From NCBI RefSeq assembly GCF_028290205.1, contig NZ_JAQGKF010000099.1, positions 10,496 to 74,495 of the forward strand: DNA of 64,000 nt. The letters run 5' to 3'. Within the stretch, counting starts at the first letter, position 1. The number at the start of each line of letters is the position of its first letter. Below the pieces are notes generated by a model, which searched no databases, had not been told where the DNA came from, and saw nothing but the letters and a program-made list of their open reading frames with translations. Made by a program: the position numbers and the translations under genes. Below, in pieces: positions 1 to 10,004 of this stretch. Origin of the DNA: Enterovirga sp. Its GTDB lineage: Bacteria > Pseudomonadota > Alphaproteobacteria > Rhizobiales > Beijerinckiaceae.

Positions 1-615
1 GAGGGCAAAGCCGCGCGGCTCGCCGCGCAGCCGCCCGGCTCCGTGCCCAACACCACGCTGCAGCACTGGCTGTTTGCCGTGGGCAAGGTCGACAAGGCTG
101 ACGCCGAGATCATCTCCATGGGGATCGACGGCACGCAGCAGGCGGTGCTGGTCGGAGCCGTGGAGGGGGCGGCCATCCGCGAGCCGGCTCTGACCATCCT
201 CCAGGGCCGCAATCCGCGCATCAAGCTGGTGGCCACCGGCGGGGAAATGTTCCCCTCCCAGCCCGGCACCGTGGTCGCCGTGACGCCGGCCTTCATGGCC
301 GCGAACCCGGCCGCCGTGCAGGCGCTGGTGGATGCGCTCGTCCGGGCCGACGCGATGCTCAAGGCGAAGCCGGCCGAGGCCGCGCCGTTTGTCGAGCAGT
401 CGCTCGGCAAGGGCATCGTCGACCTCGCGACCATCACCAAGGCGCTGACCTCGCCGGCCTCCCGCTTCATCACCGACCCGCGCGCCATCATCGACGCCAC
501 GGCCAAGATGCAGAGCTACCAGGTCTCCATCGGCACCCTCGACAAGGAGGCGCCCCTGGACGGCCTGTTCGAGCCGCGCTTCTACGACCAGGCGGTGAAG
601 TCGGGCGCCAAGTGA
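1..615 (+). CDS. NitT/TauT-family ABC transporter substrate-binding protein (5'-truncated by window edge)
   Basis: Open frame from the window start to TGA 613-615. SsuA/TauA-like C-terminal lobe, followed by a permease and an ATPase. Confidence 0.8.
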   Translation, partial: EGKAARLAAQPPGSVPNTTLQHWLFAVGKVDKADAEIISMGIDGTQQAVLVGAVEGAAIREPALTILQGRNPRIKLVATGGEMFPSQPGTVVAVTPAFMAANPAAVQALVDALVRADAMLKAKPAEAAPFVEQSLGKGIVDLATITKALTSPASRFITDPRAIIDATAKMQSYQVSIGTLDKEAPLDGLFEPRFYDQAVKSGAK

Positions 616-673
616 CGGGCCCGATCAGGCCGGCCGCCCCCTCCGCTGCGCTGGCCAGTACGGCGAGGGCCGC

Positions 674-1426
674 ATGACCCGCCTCCGCCGCACCGTTCTG
701 GCGGCCCTCGGGCTCGGGCTGTTCCTCCTGGTCTGGGAGGCGCTGCCGCGCTTCGGGCTGCTGAACGCTGCGCTCGTGCCCCCTCCCTCGGCGATCCCGG
801 CCGCGCTCGCGAGCGAGATCCGATCCGGGGTGTGGCTCGCTGCCGTGCTGTCGAGCCTGTCGCATTACGCGACCGGGCTTCTGGTCGGATCGCTGCTTGG
901 CGTGGCGCTCGGCACCGCCAGCGGCATGTTCCGGCTGGTCGAGGACCTGACCGCCTGGATCGTCCGGCTGATCCGGCCGATCCCGGGCCTCGCCTGGGTG
1001 CCGTTCGCCATCATCTGGTTCGGCGTCGAGCCGGCCGCGGCGGTGTTCATCATCGCCATCGGCGTGTTCTGGATCGTGTTCTTCGCGACCCAGGGCGCGA
1101 TCCGCGGCGTCGATCGCGATCTCGTCGAGGTGGCGGAGGCCTTCGGCTTCCGGTCGGCCCGCGCCCGGCTGGTGAAAATCCTGCTTCCGGCCGCCACCCC
1201 CGGCATCATGGTCGGGCTCCGTACGGCGCTCGGCCAGGCCTGGATGGCGGTCGTGGCCGCCGAAATCTTCGGCGTGCCGGGTGTCGGCCAGCGCATGATG
1301 CAGGCCTCGAGCCTGCTCGCGACCGACATTGTGCTCGTCTACATGCTGACCATGGCCGCCCTGTACGGGCTCATCGATTCCGCCTTCGTGGCGGCCCAGA
1401 ACTGGCTGCTCCGATGGCGGACGTGA
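674..1426 (+). CDS. NitT/TauT-family ABC transporter permease
   Basis: Hydrophobic 250 aa; RPIPGLAWVP and EAA-loop (EVAEAFG...KILLPAATPGIMVGLR) motifs. Confidence 0.9.
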   Translation: MTRLRRTVLAALGLGLFLLVWEALPRFGLLNAALVPPPSAIPAALASEIRSGVWLAAVLSSLSHYATGLLVGSLLGVALGTASGMFRLVEDLTAWIVRLIRPIPGLAWVPFAIIWFGVEPAAAVFIIAIGVFWIVFFATQGAIRGVDRDLVEVAEAFGFRSARARLVKILLPAATPGIMVGLRTALGQAWMAVVAAEIFGVPGVGQRMMQASSLLATDIVLVYMLTMAALYGLIDSAFVAAQNWLLRWRT

Positions 1427-2181
1427 TCGACATCCGCGGCCTCGCGCTCACCTATGAGCGCGATGGCCGCCGCACCGAGGTCCTGCGCGGCCTCGATCTC
1501 GCCATCCAGCCCGGCGAGTTCGTGGCCATCGTGGGCGAATCCGGCGTCGGCAAGTCGACTCTGCTGCGGGTGCTGATCGGCCTCGCCCAGCCGAGCGCCG
1601 GCACCGTCGAGGTCCGGCCCTCGCCGGACCGTCGCGAGAGCCGCCTGCCGCCGATGGCCCTGGTGTTCCAGGATTCGCGCCTGCTGCCCTGGCGCCGTGT
1701 GGCCGCTAATGTGGGCTTTGGCCTGGAATGGCGCGGCGTGCCGGCGGCGGAGCGGCGCCAGCGCGCGCAGGCCATGCTCGACCTTGTGCGGCTCGGCGAT
1801 CTCGGCAGCCGCTGGCCGCATCAGCTCTCCGGCGGCCAGCGGCAGCGCGTCTCGCTGGCCCGCGCGCTCGCCGAGGAGCCGGACGTGCTGTTGATGGACG
1901 AGCCGTTCTCGGCCCTGGACAGCCTGACGCGGGAGGACCTCCAGGACGAACTCCTGCGCATCCGCCAGGAGACAGGCCGCACCGTGCTGTTCGTGACGCA
2001 CGACATCGACGAGGCGGTCTACCTGGCCGACCGGGTCATCGTCCTGACCGGCCGCCCGGCCGGGATCGGGGCGGAGATCCGGGTCGACGCGCCGCAGCCG
2101 CGCAACCGGCGCGATCCGCGCCTGGCCGAGACGGCCCGGGCGCTCCGGGCCGAGCTGTCGCAGCGCTCGGCGGAGCTGTAG
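1414..2181 (+). CDS. NitT/TauT-family ABC transporter ATP-binding protein
   Basis: ATG 1414 overlapping the permease end; Walker A GESGVGKST, LSGGQRQR, LLMDEPF, FVTHD. Confidence 0.92.
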   Translation: MADVIDIRGLALTYERDGRRTEVLRGLDLAIQPGEFVAIVGESGVGKSTLLRVLIGLAQPSAGTVEVRPSPDRRESRLPPMALVFQDSRLLPWRRVAANVGFGLEWRGVPAAERRQRAQAMLDLVRLGDLGSRWPHQLSGGQRQRVSLARALAEEPDVLLMDEPFSALDSLTREDLQDELLRIRQETGRTVLFVTHDIDEAVYLADRVIVLTGRPAGIGAEIRVDAPQPRNRRDPRLAETARALRAELSQRSAEL

Positions 2182-2221
2182 CCGGGCAGGGCGCGGTTCG
2201 GCCGGCCCCGCCCGGGGCCGG

Positions 2222-2506
2222 TCACCGCGCCCGGCGCGCACCGTCCAGCGCCGATTGCGGGTCGAAGCTCGCGCCCGGCTCCCCCGAGCGCCCGCCGCAA
2301 TCGCGGCAGATGTGCCGGAACAGGTACTCGCTCTCGCGGTCGCGCCGGGCGAGCTTCTGGTCCAGCGTCTCGGGGCCGGCCGCATAGCCGGAGGGGTTCA
2401 CCGTGATGGCGAGCGGAGGCCCGGCCGGCGGTTCCGCACGCCCCTCCTGGCCGGCATCGAGCAGGAGGGACACCAGGGCGAGCCCGAACGCGAGGGCGGC
2501 CCTCAC
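2222..2506 (-). CDS. small putative secreted hypothetical protein (94 aa) with CxxC
   Basis: GTG 2506; signal-like VRAALAFGLALVSLLLDAG; ICRDCGG near the C-terminus. Confidence 0.5.
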   Translation of the reverse strand: MRAALAFGLALVSLLLDAGQEGRAEPPAGPPLAITVNPSGYAAGPETLDQKLARRDRESEYLFRHICRDCGGRSGEPGASFDPQSALDGARRAR

Positions 2507-2804
2507 CCGCGCCGGGGCCGGACCGCCGGATCGCGGGGCGGGTGCCCCTCGGCCCGAACGGCCGCGTAGACCTGCGAGGCCCGGCCCTCGAGCCCCCAGG
2601 GGCCCGATTCCGGCCCGATCACCCCGGCGGCTCCCAGCGGGATCACGCGTTGGGCGAGATCGGCGAAGATCTGGGCGAGCCCGCTTCGGCTGAGGGGCCC
2701 CGGTTGGGCAGGCATGGCTCGAATCCTCCGATTTCAAAACCATGCCACATGCGCCCTGGACGGTTCCCGACCGCGTCCTGCAGCGAACGTTCATGTCGGT
2801 GCAA

Positions 2805-4205
2805 TCAGGGGTTCGGCCAGGGCGGCAACTCGCCCCGCATGTGCTCGAACGCGGCGGCCACGGAGAGCACGCCTTCATCGTCGAAGCGCCGGCCGGCGAT
2901 CTGCACCCCGATCGGCAGGCCGTCGCCGGTCATGCCGCACGGCACCGAGATCGCGGGCTGCTCGGAGAAGTTGAACGGCACCGTGAAGCCGATATGCTCG
3001 AACGGCCGGGCCGGATCGTGCAGGGGCGAGGCCAGCTCGGCCGCGAAGGCCGCGACGGGCGCCACCGGCGACAGCACGAACGCGAAAGCGCCGGTGGCGG
3101 CGAGGGCGGCGTCCCGCATGGCCCCGAACTGGCTGACGCCGTGATAGACCTCGGCCCCGGTCAGGTCCCGGCCGCCCTCCGCCCACTCGCGGATATAGGG
3201 CAGGATCTTCCCGCGCTGCGCATCGGACAGGGCCGAGATGTCGGCCCAGGCCCGCTGGCGCCAGAAGCGGTCGAGACCGTCGATCATGCTCCGGGTGAGA
3301 AACGGCGCCACGGGCTCGACAACCGCACCCGCGGCCTCGAACAGGCGTGCGGCGGCCTCCACCGCCGCCGCGACCTCCGGATCCACCGGCAGGCCGATGC
3401 CGGCCTCGCGCCAAAGCCCGATCCGCAGCCCTTTCGGGCTCATGGCCCCCGCCTCGAACCGCAGCGCCGCGGGAGGCAGGCTCATGCCGTCGCGCCCGTC
3501 GGGCCGCGACAGCTCCCGCATGGCGAGGGCCGCGTCGGCGACGGTCCGGGTCATCGGTCCGGCGGCGCGGCCCCAATAGGGCGGGTCGACCGGCACACGG
3601 CCGAAGCTCGGCTTCAGGCCGACCACGCCGCACCACCCAGCCGGGAGACGGATGGAGCCGCCGATGTCGGTGCCGAGATGGACCGGGCCGTAGCCGGCCG
3701 CCGCGGCCGCGCCGGCGCCGGCCGAGGAGCCGCCCGGCGTCCGGGACAGGTCCCAAGGATTGCGGCTGACCGGGTGGAAGCTCGACAGTCCCGAGGACAG
3801 CATGCCGTAATCCGGCATGGTGGTCTTCGCCAGGATCACGGCCCCAGCCTCCCGCAGGCGGGCTGCCGGCGGAGCATCGGCCGGCGCGGCAAGGAGTTCG
3901 CGGGCCGCCGTGCCGAGCGGCATGGGATCGCCTGCGGTGGCGATGTTCTCCTTGATGGTGACGGGAACGCCTTCGAGCGCCCGGGCCTCGCCGGCGCGCC
4001 AGCGCCGTTCGGATTCGCGTGCCGCCGCAAGGGCGTCCTCGGGCCTGAACAGGTACAGCGCCCGGAGCTTCGGCTCGAGCCGCTCAACCCGGGCGATGAC
4101 GGCACGGGTGACGTCCACCGGGGACAGGTCCCCGGCCGCGAACCGGCGCAGCAGCTCGGTCGCCGAGAGGTCGGCAAGGGATTCGCCGGACGGAGGTGGG
4201 GTCAT
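2805..4205 (-). CDS. amidase (amidase-signature family)
   Basis: GVPVTIKEN, GGSSAG, GTDIGGSIR: Ser-cisSer-Lys triad motifs. Confidence 0.92.
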   Translation of the reverse strand: MTPPPSGESLADLSATELLRRFAAGDLSPVDVTRAVIARVERLEPKLRALYLFRPEDALAAARESERRWRAGEARALEGVPVTIKENIATAGDPMPLGTAARELLAAPADAPPAARLREAGAVILAKTTMPDYGMLSSGLSSFHPVSRNPWDLSRTPGGSSAGAGAAAAAGYGPVHLGTDIGGSIRLPAGWCGVVGLKPSFGRVPVDPPYWGRAAGPMTRTVADAALAMRELSRPDGRDGMSLPPAALRFEAGAMSPKGLRIGLWREAGIGLPVDPEVAAAVEAAARLFEAAGAVVEPVAPFLTRSMIDGLDRFWRQRAWADISALSDAQRGKILPYIREWAEGGRDLTGAEVYHGVSQFGAMRDAALAATGAFAFVLSPVAPVAAFAAELASPLHDPARPFEHIGFTVPFNFSEQPAISVPCGMTGDGLPIGVQIAGRRFDDEGVLSVAAAFEHMRGELPPWPNP

Positions 4206-4424
4206 GCGGGGCGCCTCGCCGTGAGATGTCGAGGGGCCACCTGGATCACAGCCCGGGGGCGGCGGGAAGCGGCAAGCATGGAGGCGGCGGGCGGCGCGGC
4301 GGCGTGTCCAGGCGTGTCTCGGCCCAAGGCGCGCGGCAGCAAACCTTTCCGGCCGGGCTCGGGCCGGCCGGCCATTGTCGACCGGGAGCCACCGGAGCCG
4401 GCGGCCCCAAGCGGGGGAGGCCGG

Positions 4425-5012
4425 CTACTCGACCTTTTCGTTCGGGTAGACGCCCCAGAGCCGCTCCTGCTTCATGAAGCCGGTGAGGTCGCGGGCGTTG
4501 GGGAGCACGATGACGACGCGGCACCAGCCCTCGCGGCAGCCCTTCACGCTGGCGATCACGTTGGGCTGCAACTGGGCCACCACGGCGGACCTCTCGTCGG
4601 CCCGTTCCAGCAGCGGCAGGGGCTCGGCGCCGTTCTTGGCCCAGGGCATCACCAGCGCGGTGCGCCGTCCCGACAGCAGCGAGTGCAGCACCCAGCCCTC
4701 GGTGCCTTCGGCGTCGCGAATGCGGCGCCACGTCTCGTGTTCGGCCGTGATCTCGACCGGGAGGCCGGCCCGCTGAAACACCCACGCTGTCCTGTGATCC
4801 TTGGACGGCCCCTCGCGCAGGTTCACACGGTCGGTCTTGAGGCTCACGTAGCGGGGCAGCGGCAGGCCCGAGACCTTTCCGGCCGGCAGTTCGGTGGCAG
4901 ACCGGCCGGGCAGGGCGCTGCCAAGGAGGGCGGCGAGGCAGGCTGCGAGAAACGCTGCCGGCCGCAGGCCGCTGCGAGCTGCGGGGTGCTGTCGCATCTG
5001 GACCTCCGCCAT
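4425..5012 (-). CDS. bacterial SH3-domain protein (tandem SH3_4)
   Basis: Signal-like N-terminus; LPLPRYVSLK..VNLREGP and WRRIRD.EGTEGWV repeats. Confidence 0.85.
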   Translation of the reverse strand: MAEVQMRQHPAARSGLRPAAFLAACLAALLGSALPGRSATELPAGKVSGLPLPRYVSLKTDRVNLREGPSKDHRTAWVFQRAGLPVEITAEHETWRRIRDAEGTEGWVLHSLLSGRRTALVMPWAKNGAEPLPLLERADERSAVVAQLQPNVIASVKGCREGWCRVVIVLPNARDLTGFMKQERLWGVYPNEKVE

Positions 5013-5158
5013 GCGTTGTCTAATTCCGATGCTCTGCTAGGAGAGGCGCGCCTTAGCGGCGTTCCGCGCCGGGCGCCAGCGGTCGCTTGCCGCCCCTGTC
5101 TCGCCGGTCACGGTTAAGTTCGGGTGAAAACACGGCCAAGGCCGAGGCGGGGAGAGTG

Positions 5159-6157
5159 ATGGCGGCGCGTAAGAAGCCCCTGGTTGTGGTCACCCGCCGG
5201 TTGCCGAACGCAACCGAGACCCGAATGCGTGAACTCTTCGACGCGGAGCTGAACCTCGACGACAAGGCGATGGGGACGGCCGAGCTGGCCGACGCCGTGC
5301 GGCGCGCCGAGGTGCTGGTGCCGACCGTCACGGACGAGATCGACGCCTCCCTGCTGGCTCAGGCGGGGCCGGACCTGCGGCTGATCGCCAATTTCGGCAA
5401 CGGCGTCGACAACATCGACGTCCAGGCGGCGCTGGCCCGGGGCATCACGGTGACCAACACGCCGGGCGTGCTGACCGACGACACCGCCGACATGACCATG
5501 GCGCTGATGATGGCGGTGGCACGGCGGCTGCCCGAAGGCGCACGGGTCATTCCGCACGACGAATGGGCCGGCTGGTCGCCGACCTGGATGCTCGGCCGCC
5601 GCGTCACCGGCAAGCGGCTGGGCATTGTCGGCATGGGGCGGATCGGCCAGGCCGTCGCCAAGCGGGCGCGCGCCTTCGGCCTTTCCATCCATTACCACAA
5701 CCGCCGCCGCGTCCCCGTCGCCATCGAGGAGGAGCTCGAAGCGACCTACTGGGATTCGCTCGACCAGATGCTGGCCCGCATGGACATTGTCACCGTCCAC
5801 TGCCCGCACACGCCGGCCACCTACCATCTGCTGTCGGCCCGGCGGCTGAAGCTGCTCCGGCCGCAGGCCCTGGTGGTGAACACCGCACGCGGCGAGATCA
5901 TCGACGAGAACGCGCTCGCCCGGCTGGTCGAGTCGGGCGACATCGCCGGCGCCGGGCTCGACGTGTTCGAGCACGAGCCCTCCGTGAACCCGCGCCTCAT
6001 CAAGCTCGCCCGTCAGGGCCGGGTGGTGCTGCTGCCCCATATGGGCTCGGCGACCGAGGAGGGCCGGAACGACATGGGCGAGAAGGTCATCATGAACATC
6101 CGCACCTTCATGGACGGCCACCGGCCGCCCGATCGGGTGCTGCCGAGCATGCTCTAG
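5159..6157 (+). CDS. D-isomer 2-hydroxyacid dehydrogenase (glyoxylate/hydroxypyruvate reductase-like)
   Basis: ATG 5159 after GGAGAG; GIVGMGRIG, VNTARG, GLDVFEHEP, LPHMGSAT. Confidence 0.9.
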   Translation: MAARKKPLVVVTRRLPNATETRMRELFDAELNLDDKAMGTAELADAVRRAEVLVPTVTDEIDASLLAQAGPDLRLIANFGNGVDNIDVQAALARGITVTNTPGVLTDDTADMTMALMMAVARRLPEGARVIPHDEWAGWSPTWMLGRRVTGKRLGIVGMGRIGQAVAKRARAFGLSIHYHNRRRVPVAIEEELEATYWDSLDQMLARMDIVTVHCPHTPATYHLLSARRLKLLRPQALVVNTARGEIIDENALARLVESGDIAGAGLDVFEHEPSVNPRLIKLARQGRVVLLPHMGSATEEGRNDMGEKVIMNIRTFMDGHRPPDRVLPSML

Positions 6158-6618
6158 GCGGCGAGCCGCTTCTCGAGGCGGCGTGCCGCCTCGCCGTCTT
6201 CGTAGTAATCCGCGACCTCGCCGATCACCCCGTAGCCGCCGGCCTCATAGAGCCGGGCGGCCCGCGCATTGTCCGCCCGCACCTCGAGCCGCATGCGGTC
6301 GCAGCCGGCCTCCAGTGCTGCGCGCTCGGCCGCCGCCACCAGCGCCCGTCCAACACCCCGCCCGGCGGCGGCCTGGGCGACGGCCACAGAGGTGAGCCGC
6401 CCGAGCGTCGAGCCGCGCCGGATCTGAACCAGCACGTACCCGGCGAGCGCGCCCTCGCACTCGGCCGCCAGTGCCAGGATGGTGGGCGACCGGATGGCGT
6501 GCAGGAGATCGCGCCGCCCCAGCCGGTCGCCCGGAAAGGCCTCCTCCTCCAGGCGCATGAGCCCGTCGAGGTCGCGCCGCTCCGCCGCTCGGATCGTCGC
6601 CCCGGCCGCGCCCGTCAC
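6154..6618 (-). CDS. RimI-like GNAT N-acetyltransferase
   Basis: GTG 6618 overlaps the opg stop (GTGA); AAGRGVGRAL, LEVRADN..A..LY, YYEDG. Confidence 0.85.
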   Translation of the reverse strand: MTGAAGATIRAAERRDLDGLMRLEEEAFPGDRLGRRDLLHAIRSPTILALAAECEGALAGYVLVQIRRGSTLGRLTSVAVAQAAAGRGVGRALVAAAERAALEAGCDRMRLEVRADNARAARLYEAGGYGVIGEVADYYEDGEAARRLEKRLAA

Positions 6619-8171
6619 TCGGGCGCGGTCCAGGGGTAGGTCCAGGTCTCGGTCAACGCCCGCTCGCCGGCCCGCAGATACGCCCGTAGATCGGTCGACT
6701 GGCCGGGTTCGATGCGCAGATCGAGCGCCGCCCGGAAGCCGCCCGAATGCTCGTTCGGAATCACCGAGGTCGCCACGATGCGGCCGTTGGACGCGTTGGC
6801 CACCAGCTGCACCAGCGCCGGATCGACGAGGTAGAAGCCGAGATTGCCGCCGGCGAAATCGATCAGGAAGCGGCGGAATCCCTTCTCGGCGGGCTCGGCC
6901 GAGCCGCTCGCCCGGGCAGGCGCGGTGAAGGTGTTCACGACCTTGCCGCCGGGATGGAGGTTGCCGCCCGCTGTCAGGCTCTTCAGCCGGTAGGCGTAGC
7001 TGGTCTCCTGCCCGGCCTCGATCGGCCGGGCCGGCGTCCAGTAGGCCACCATGTTGTCGTGGATCTCGGCATTGGTGGGGATCTCGACCAGCTCGACGCG
7101 GCCCTCGCCCCAATGGCCGGTGGGCTCGACCCAGTAGCTCGGCCGCTGGTGGTAGAAGGCCTCGAGGTCCTGGTAGCTGTCGAAGGTGCGGTCGCGCTGG
7201 ATCAGGCCGAAGCCGCGCGGATTGCTGTCGGAGAACGCGGACACGGTGGTGTTGTGCGGGTTGCGCAGCGGCCGCCAGATCCACTCGCCCGAGCCCGAAT
7301 GGATCAGAAGCCCGTCCGAATCGTGCAGCTCGGGCCGGAAATCGTCCCCCGTGCGGCGGTCGTTCTCGCCCGTGAAGAACATGGAGGTGAGCGGAGCGAG
7401 CCCGATCGAGCGGATCGGCCGGCGCGGGAACAGCGTGACGGAGACCTCGATCTCCGTCTCGGGAGCGGGATAGACGTCGAATCGATAGGCGCCCGTGACC
7501 GCGGCCCCATCCAGCAGGCCATAGACGGTGATCCGCTCCACCCCGGGCGGCGGCAGTTCCACCCAGAACTCGCGGAACACGGGGAATTCCTCGGGCTCCT
7601 TGCCGCCCACCCCGACGGAGAGGCCGCGTGCCGAGAGGCCGTAGCGCTGGTCGCGCCCGAGAAAGCGGAAATAGCTGGAGCCCAGAAAGGCGATCAGCTC
7701 GTCGAGCACCCGGGGGTCGTTGAGGGCGTAGTGAATGCGGAACCCGGCGAAGCCGAGATTCACCGGCAGGGGTCGCTCGATCTTGGTCTGCCCGTAATCG
7801 AACAGCTGCGGCTGGTACGGGATCGGGGTCGGCACCCCGTCCCGGATCACGTTCACGACCACGGGGCGGCGATACAGAAAGCCGAGATGGAACAGCTGCA
7901 GGCGGAACAGCCCGCCGCCCTGGGCCAGGAAGGAGCGCTCGGGCCGGAAGCGGATGCTGCGCCAGGCGTCATATTCGAGATTGTTGAGCGGCTCCGGCAG
8001 GGGCGGGACCGCCGCGTCCCACGGCGACGCCGCCAGGTCGCGGGCGCGCCGAATCACATCTTCGAAGCGGAAAGGGATCAGCGGCGGGGCCGCGTTGCCC
8101 TGGGCGGCGGCCGCGGTGGCCGCAAATGTCGCGATCCCGGCAAGGGCCGAGCGGCGGGTCGTATCCGTCAT
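6615..8171 (-). CDS. opgG: periplasmic glucan biosynthesis protein, OpgG/OpgD (MdoG/MdoD) family
   Basis: Twin-arginine TTRRSAL; FLGSSYFR, YGLSARGL, EEFPVFREFW, RPELHDSDGL, TETWTY motifs. Confidence 0.9.
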   Translation of the reverse strand: MTDTTRRSALAGIATFAATAAAAQGNAAPPLIPFRFEDVIRRARDLAASPWDAAVPPLPEPLNNLEYDAWRSIRFRPERSFLAQGGGLFRLQLFHLGFLYRRPVVVNVIRDGVPTPIPYQPQLFDYGQTKIERPLPVNLGFAGFRIHYALNDPRVLDELIAFLGSSYFRFLGRDQRYGLSARGLSVGVGGKEPEEFPVFREFWVELPPPGVERITVYGLLDGAAVTGAYRFDVYPAPETEIEVSVTLFPRRPIRSIGLAPLTSMFFTGENDRRTGDDFRPELHDSDGLLIHSGSGEWIWRPLRNPHNTTVSAFSDSNPRGFGLIQRDRTFDSYQDLEAFYHQRPSYWVEPTGHWGEGRVELVEIPTNAEIHDNMVAYWTPARPIEAGQETSYAYRLKSLTAGGNLHPGGKVVNTFTAPARASGSAEPAEKGFRRFLIDFAGGNLGFYLVDPALVQLVANASNGRIVATSVIPNEHSGGFRAALDLRIEPGQSTDLRAYLRAGERALTETWTYPWTAPE

Positions 8172-8349
8172 GAAGCCTGTCTGCTGACCAGGGAAGGAAT
8201 CGGCCCCGCCTGTCCGGGGGGCTAGGCACCATTATGTGAAGGCAGGGCGCCGGCACGGCAACCCGCGTCCGCCGAGCCTGCCGGTGCCCGATTTCTGCCC
8301 TGCGAATACGAAGGCACTTGCGGCTGGGGGCAAATCACCCTATCTGCGC

Positions 8350-8625
8350 CTTGCCCAATTTCGCACGTGCCTGTGGCCGCGTGCCGGTTGGTGGGCATCC
8401 GGACAAGAGGCCGGACAGCCGCCAGGGTTTTAGGATCGATGCCGGAAGGGCGGGAGCCCCAAGGCGGCGATTCAGGTGGTAACACCGAACCCGACAACAA
8501 CCGGCAGCCGGAGGGAAAACCGGCGAACCCCGCACTCCACGGGGGACGCAGCTTGAAGCAACGACGGACGGGCTTTTTTGGTCTCGTCGGCCCTCCAAAG
8601 GCCGGCACCGAAGAGGCTTGTTTCT
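8350..8625 (+). ncRNA. speF-leader / alpha-r45-like cis-regulatory RNA (boundaries approximate)
   Basis: Long non-coding 5' region of an ornithine decarboxylase containing AGAGGCCGGACAGCCGCCAGGG, GGCAGCCGGAG...CCGGCGAACCCGCACTCC and GGGGACGCAGCTTGAAGCAACGACGGACGGGCTTTTTTGG, which match my recollection of the alphaproteobacterial speF motif. Confidence 0.7.
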
Positions 8626-8833
8626 CTTTGCCGGGCGTGCGGACGGGGCCTCCCCATCCAAACGAAGGCAGCATCTCGGGTCGAGGATCCGCGTCGTTCC
8701 GTGTCTCCAACGCACGGTCGCCGCACCGATTCGAACCCCGAAGACGCCGGGCGGGCAACCGCCTGAACTTAAATCCGAGGACAGGCGGCGAGGGCCGTCG
8801 CGCCTCGATTTGAACCTTTGTGGGAGAGCGCCG

Positions 8834-9994
8834 ATGACCGAGCGCATTCGTGATTTCCTGCGCGACCGCCGCGTGAACGGGCTCGAGGACGGGCCAGTGC
8901 TGGTCGTGGACCTCGAGGTCGTACGCGAGAACTACGCCAAGTTCGCGCGCGCCCTGCCGGACACCCGTGTCTTCTACGCCGTGAAGGCGAACCCGGAGCC
9001 GAAGCTCCTGGCTCTCCTGGCGCGCCTCGGCTCGTGCTTCGACACGGCCTCGGTGACGGAGATTCAGCTCGCGCTGTCCGCCGGCGCCACGGCCGACCGC
9101 ATCTCGTTCGGCAACACGATCAAGAAGGAGCGCGACATCGTCCGCGCTCTGGAACTGGGCGTGCGGCTGTTTGCGGTCGATTGCGAGGTCGAGGTCGACA
9201 AGATCGCCCGCGCCAAGGCGGCGACCGGGGCCGAGGACGTCCGCGTGTTCTGCCGCATCCTGTGCGACGGAGCGGGCGCCGAATGGCCGCTGTCGCGCAA
9301 GTTCGGCTGCGAGCCCGATCTCGCGGTCGACGTGCTGGACCACGCTCACCGGGCGGGCCTCCATTCCTATGGAGTGTCCTTCCATGTCGGCTCGCAGCAG
9401 CCGAACACGGAAGCCTGGGACGGCGCGCTCGGCTCGGCCTCGCGGATCTTCCGCGAGCTCGCCGATCGCGGCATCCAGCTGTCGATGGTCAACCTGGGCG
9501 GCGGTTTCCCGACCAAGTACCTGAAGGACGTTCCGGCGGTCGAAGCCTACGGCGATTCGATCTTCCGGGCGCTCTCGCGGCACTTCGGGAATCGTCTTCC
9601 GGAGACGATCATCGAGCCGGGCCGTGGCATGGTCGGCAATGCGGGTGTGATCGAGTCCGAAGTCGTGCTCGTGTCGCACAAGAGCAAGGCCGAGGACGAT
9701 GTCCGCTGGGTCTTCCTCGACATCGGCAAGTTCGGCGGCCTCGCCGAGACGATGGACGAGGCGATCCGGTACGACATCCGCACCGAGCACGACGAGGACC
9801 GACGCGTCCCCTGCGTGCTGGCCGGACCGACCTGCGATTCGGCGGACGTGATGTACGAGAAGACGCCCTACTGGCTGCCCGTGTCGCTGGAGATCGGCGA
9901 TCTGGTGCAGATCGAGGGCACGGGCGCCTACACGGCGACCTACTCGTCCGTGGCGTTCAATGGCCTGCCGCCGCTGCGCACGCACGTGATCTGA
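8834..9994 (+). CDS. ornithine/lysine decarboxylase (fold-type III PLP)
   Basis: ATG 8834 after GGGAGAG; FYAVKANP, FDTAS, SFHVGSQ, NLGGGF, IIEPGR, GPTCDS. Confidence 0.93.
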   Translation: MTERIRDFLRDRRVNGLEDGPVLVVDLEVVRENYAKFARALPDTRVFYAVKANPEPKLLALLARLGSCFDTASVTEIQLALSAGATADRISFGNTIKKERDIVRALELGVRLFAVDCEVEVDKIARAKAATGAEDVRVFCRILCDGAGAEWPLSRKFGCEPDLAVDVLDHAHRAGLHSYGVSFHVGSQQPNTEAWDGALGSASRIFRELADRGIQLSMVNLGGGFPTKYLKDVPAVEAYGDSIFRALSRHFGNRLPETIIEPGRGMVGNAGVIESEVVLVSHKSKAEDDVRWVFLDIGKFGGLAETMDEAIRYDIRTEHDEDRRVPCVLAGPTCDSADVMYEKTPYWLPVSLEIGDLVQIEGTGAYTATYSSVAFNGLPPLRTHVI

Positions 9995-10004
9995 CGGCGC
10001 CTGC

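Noticed and set aside
8236-8847. Overlapping ORFs in the opgG-odc intergenic region
   Set aside because: Atypical codon usage; better explained by the speF-type leader RNA.
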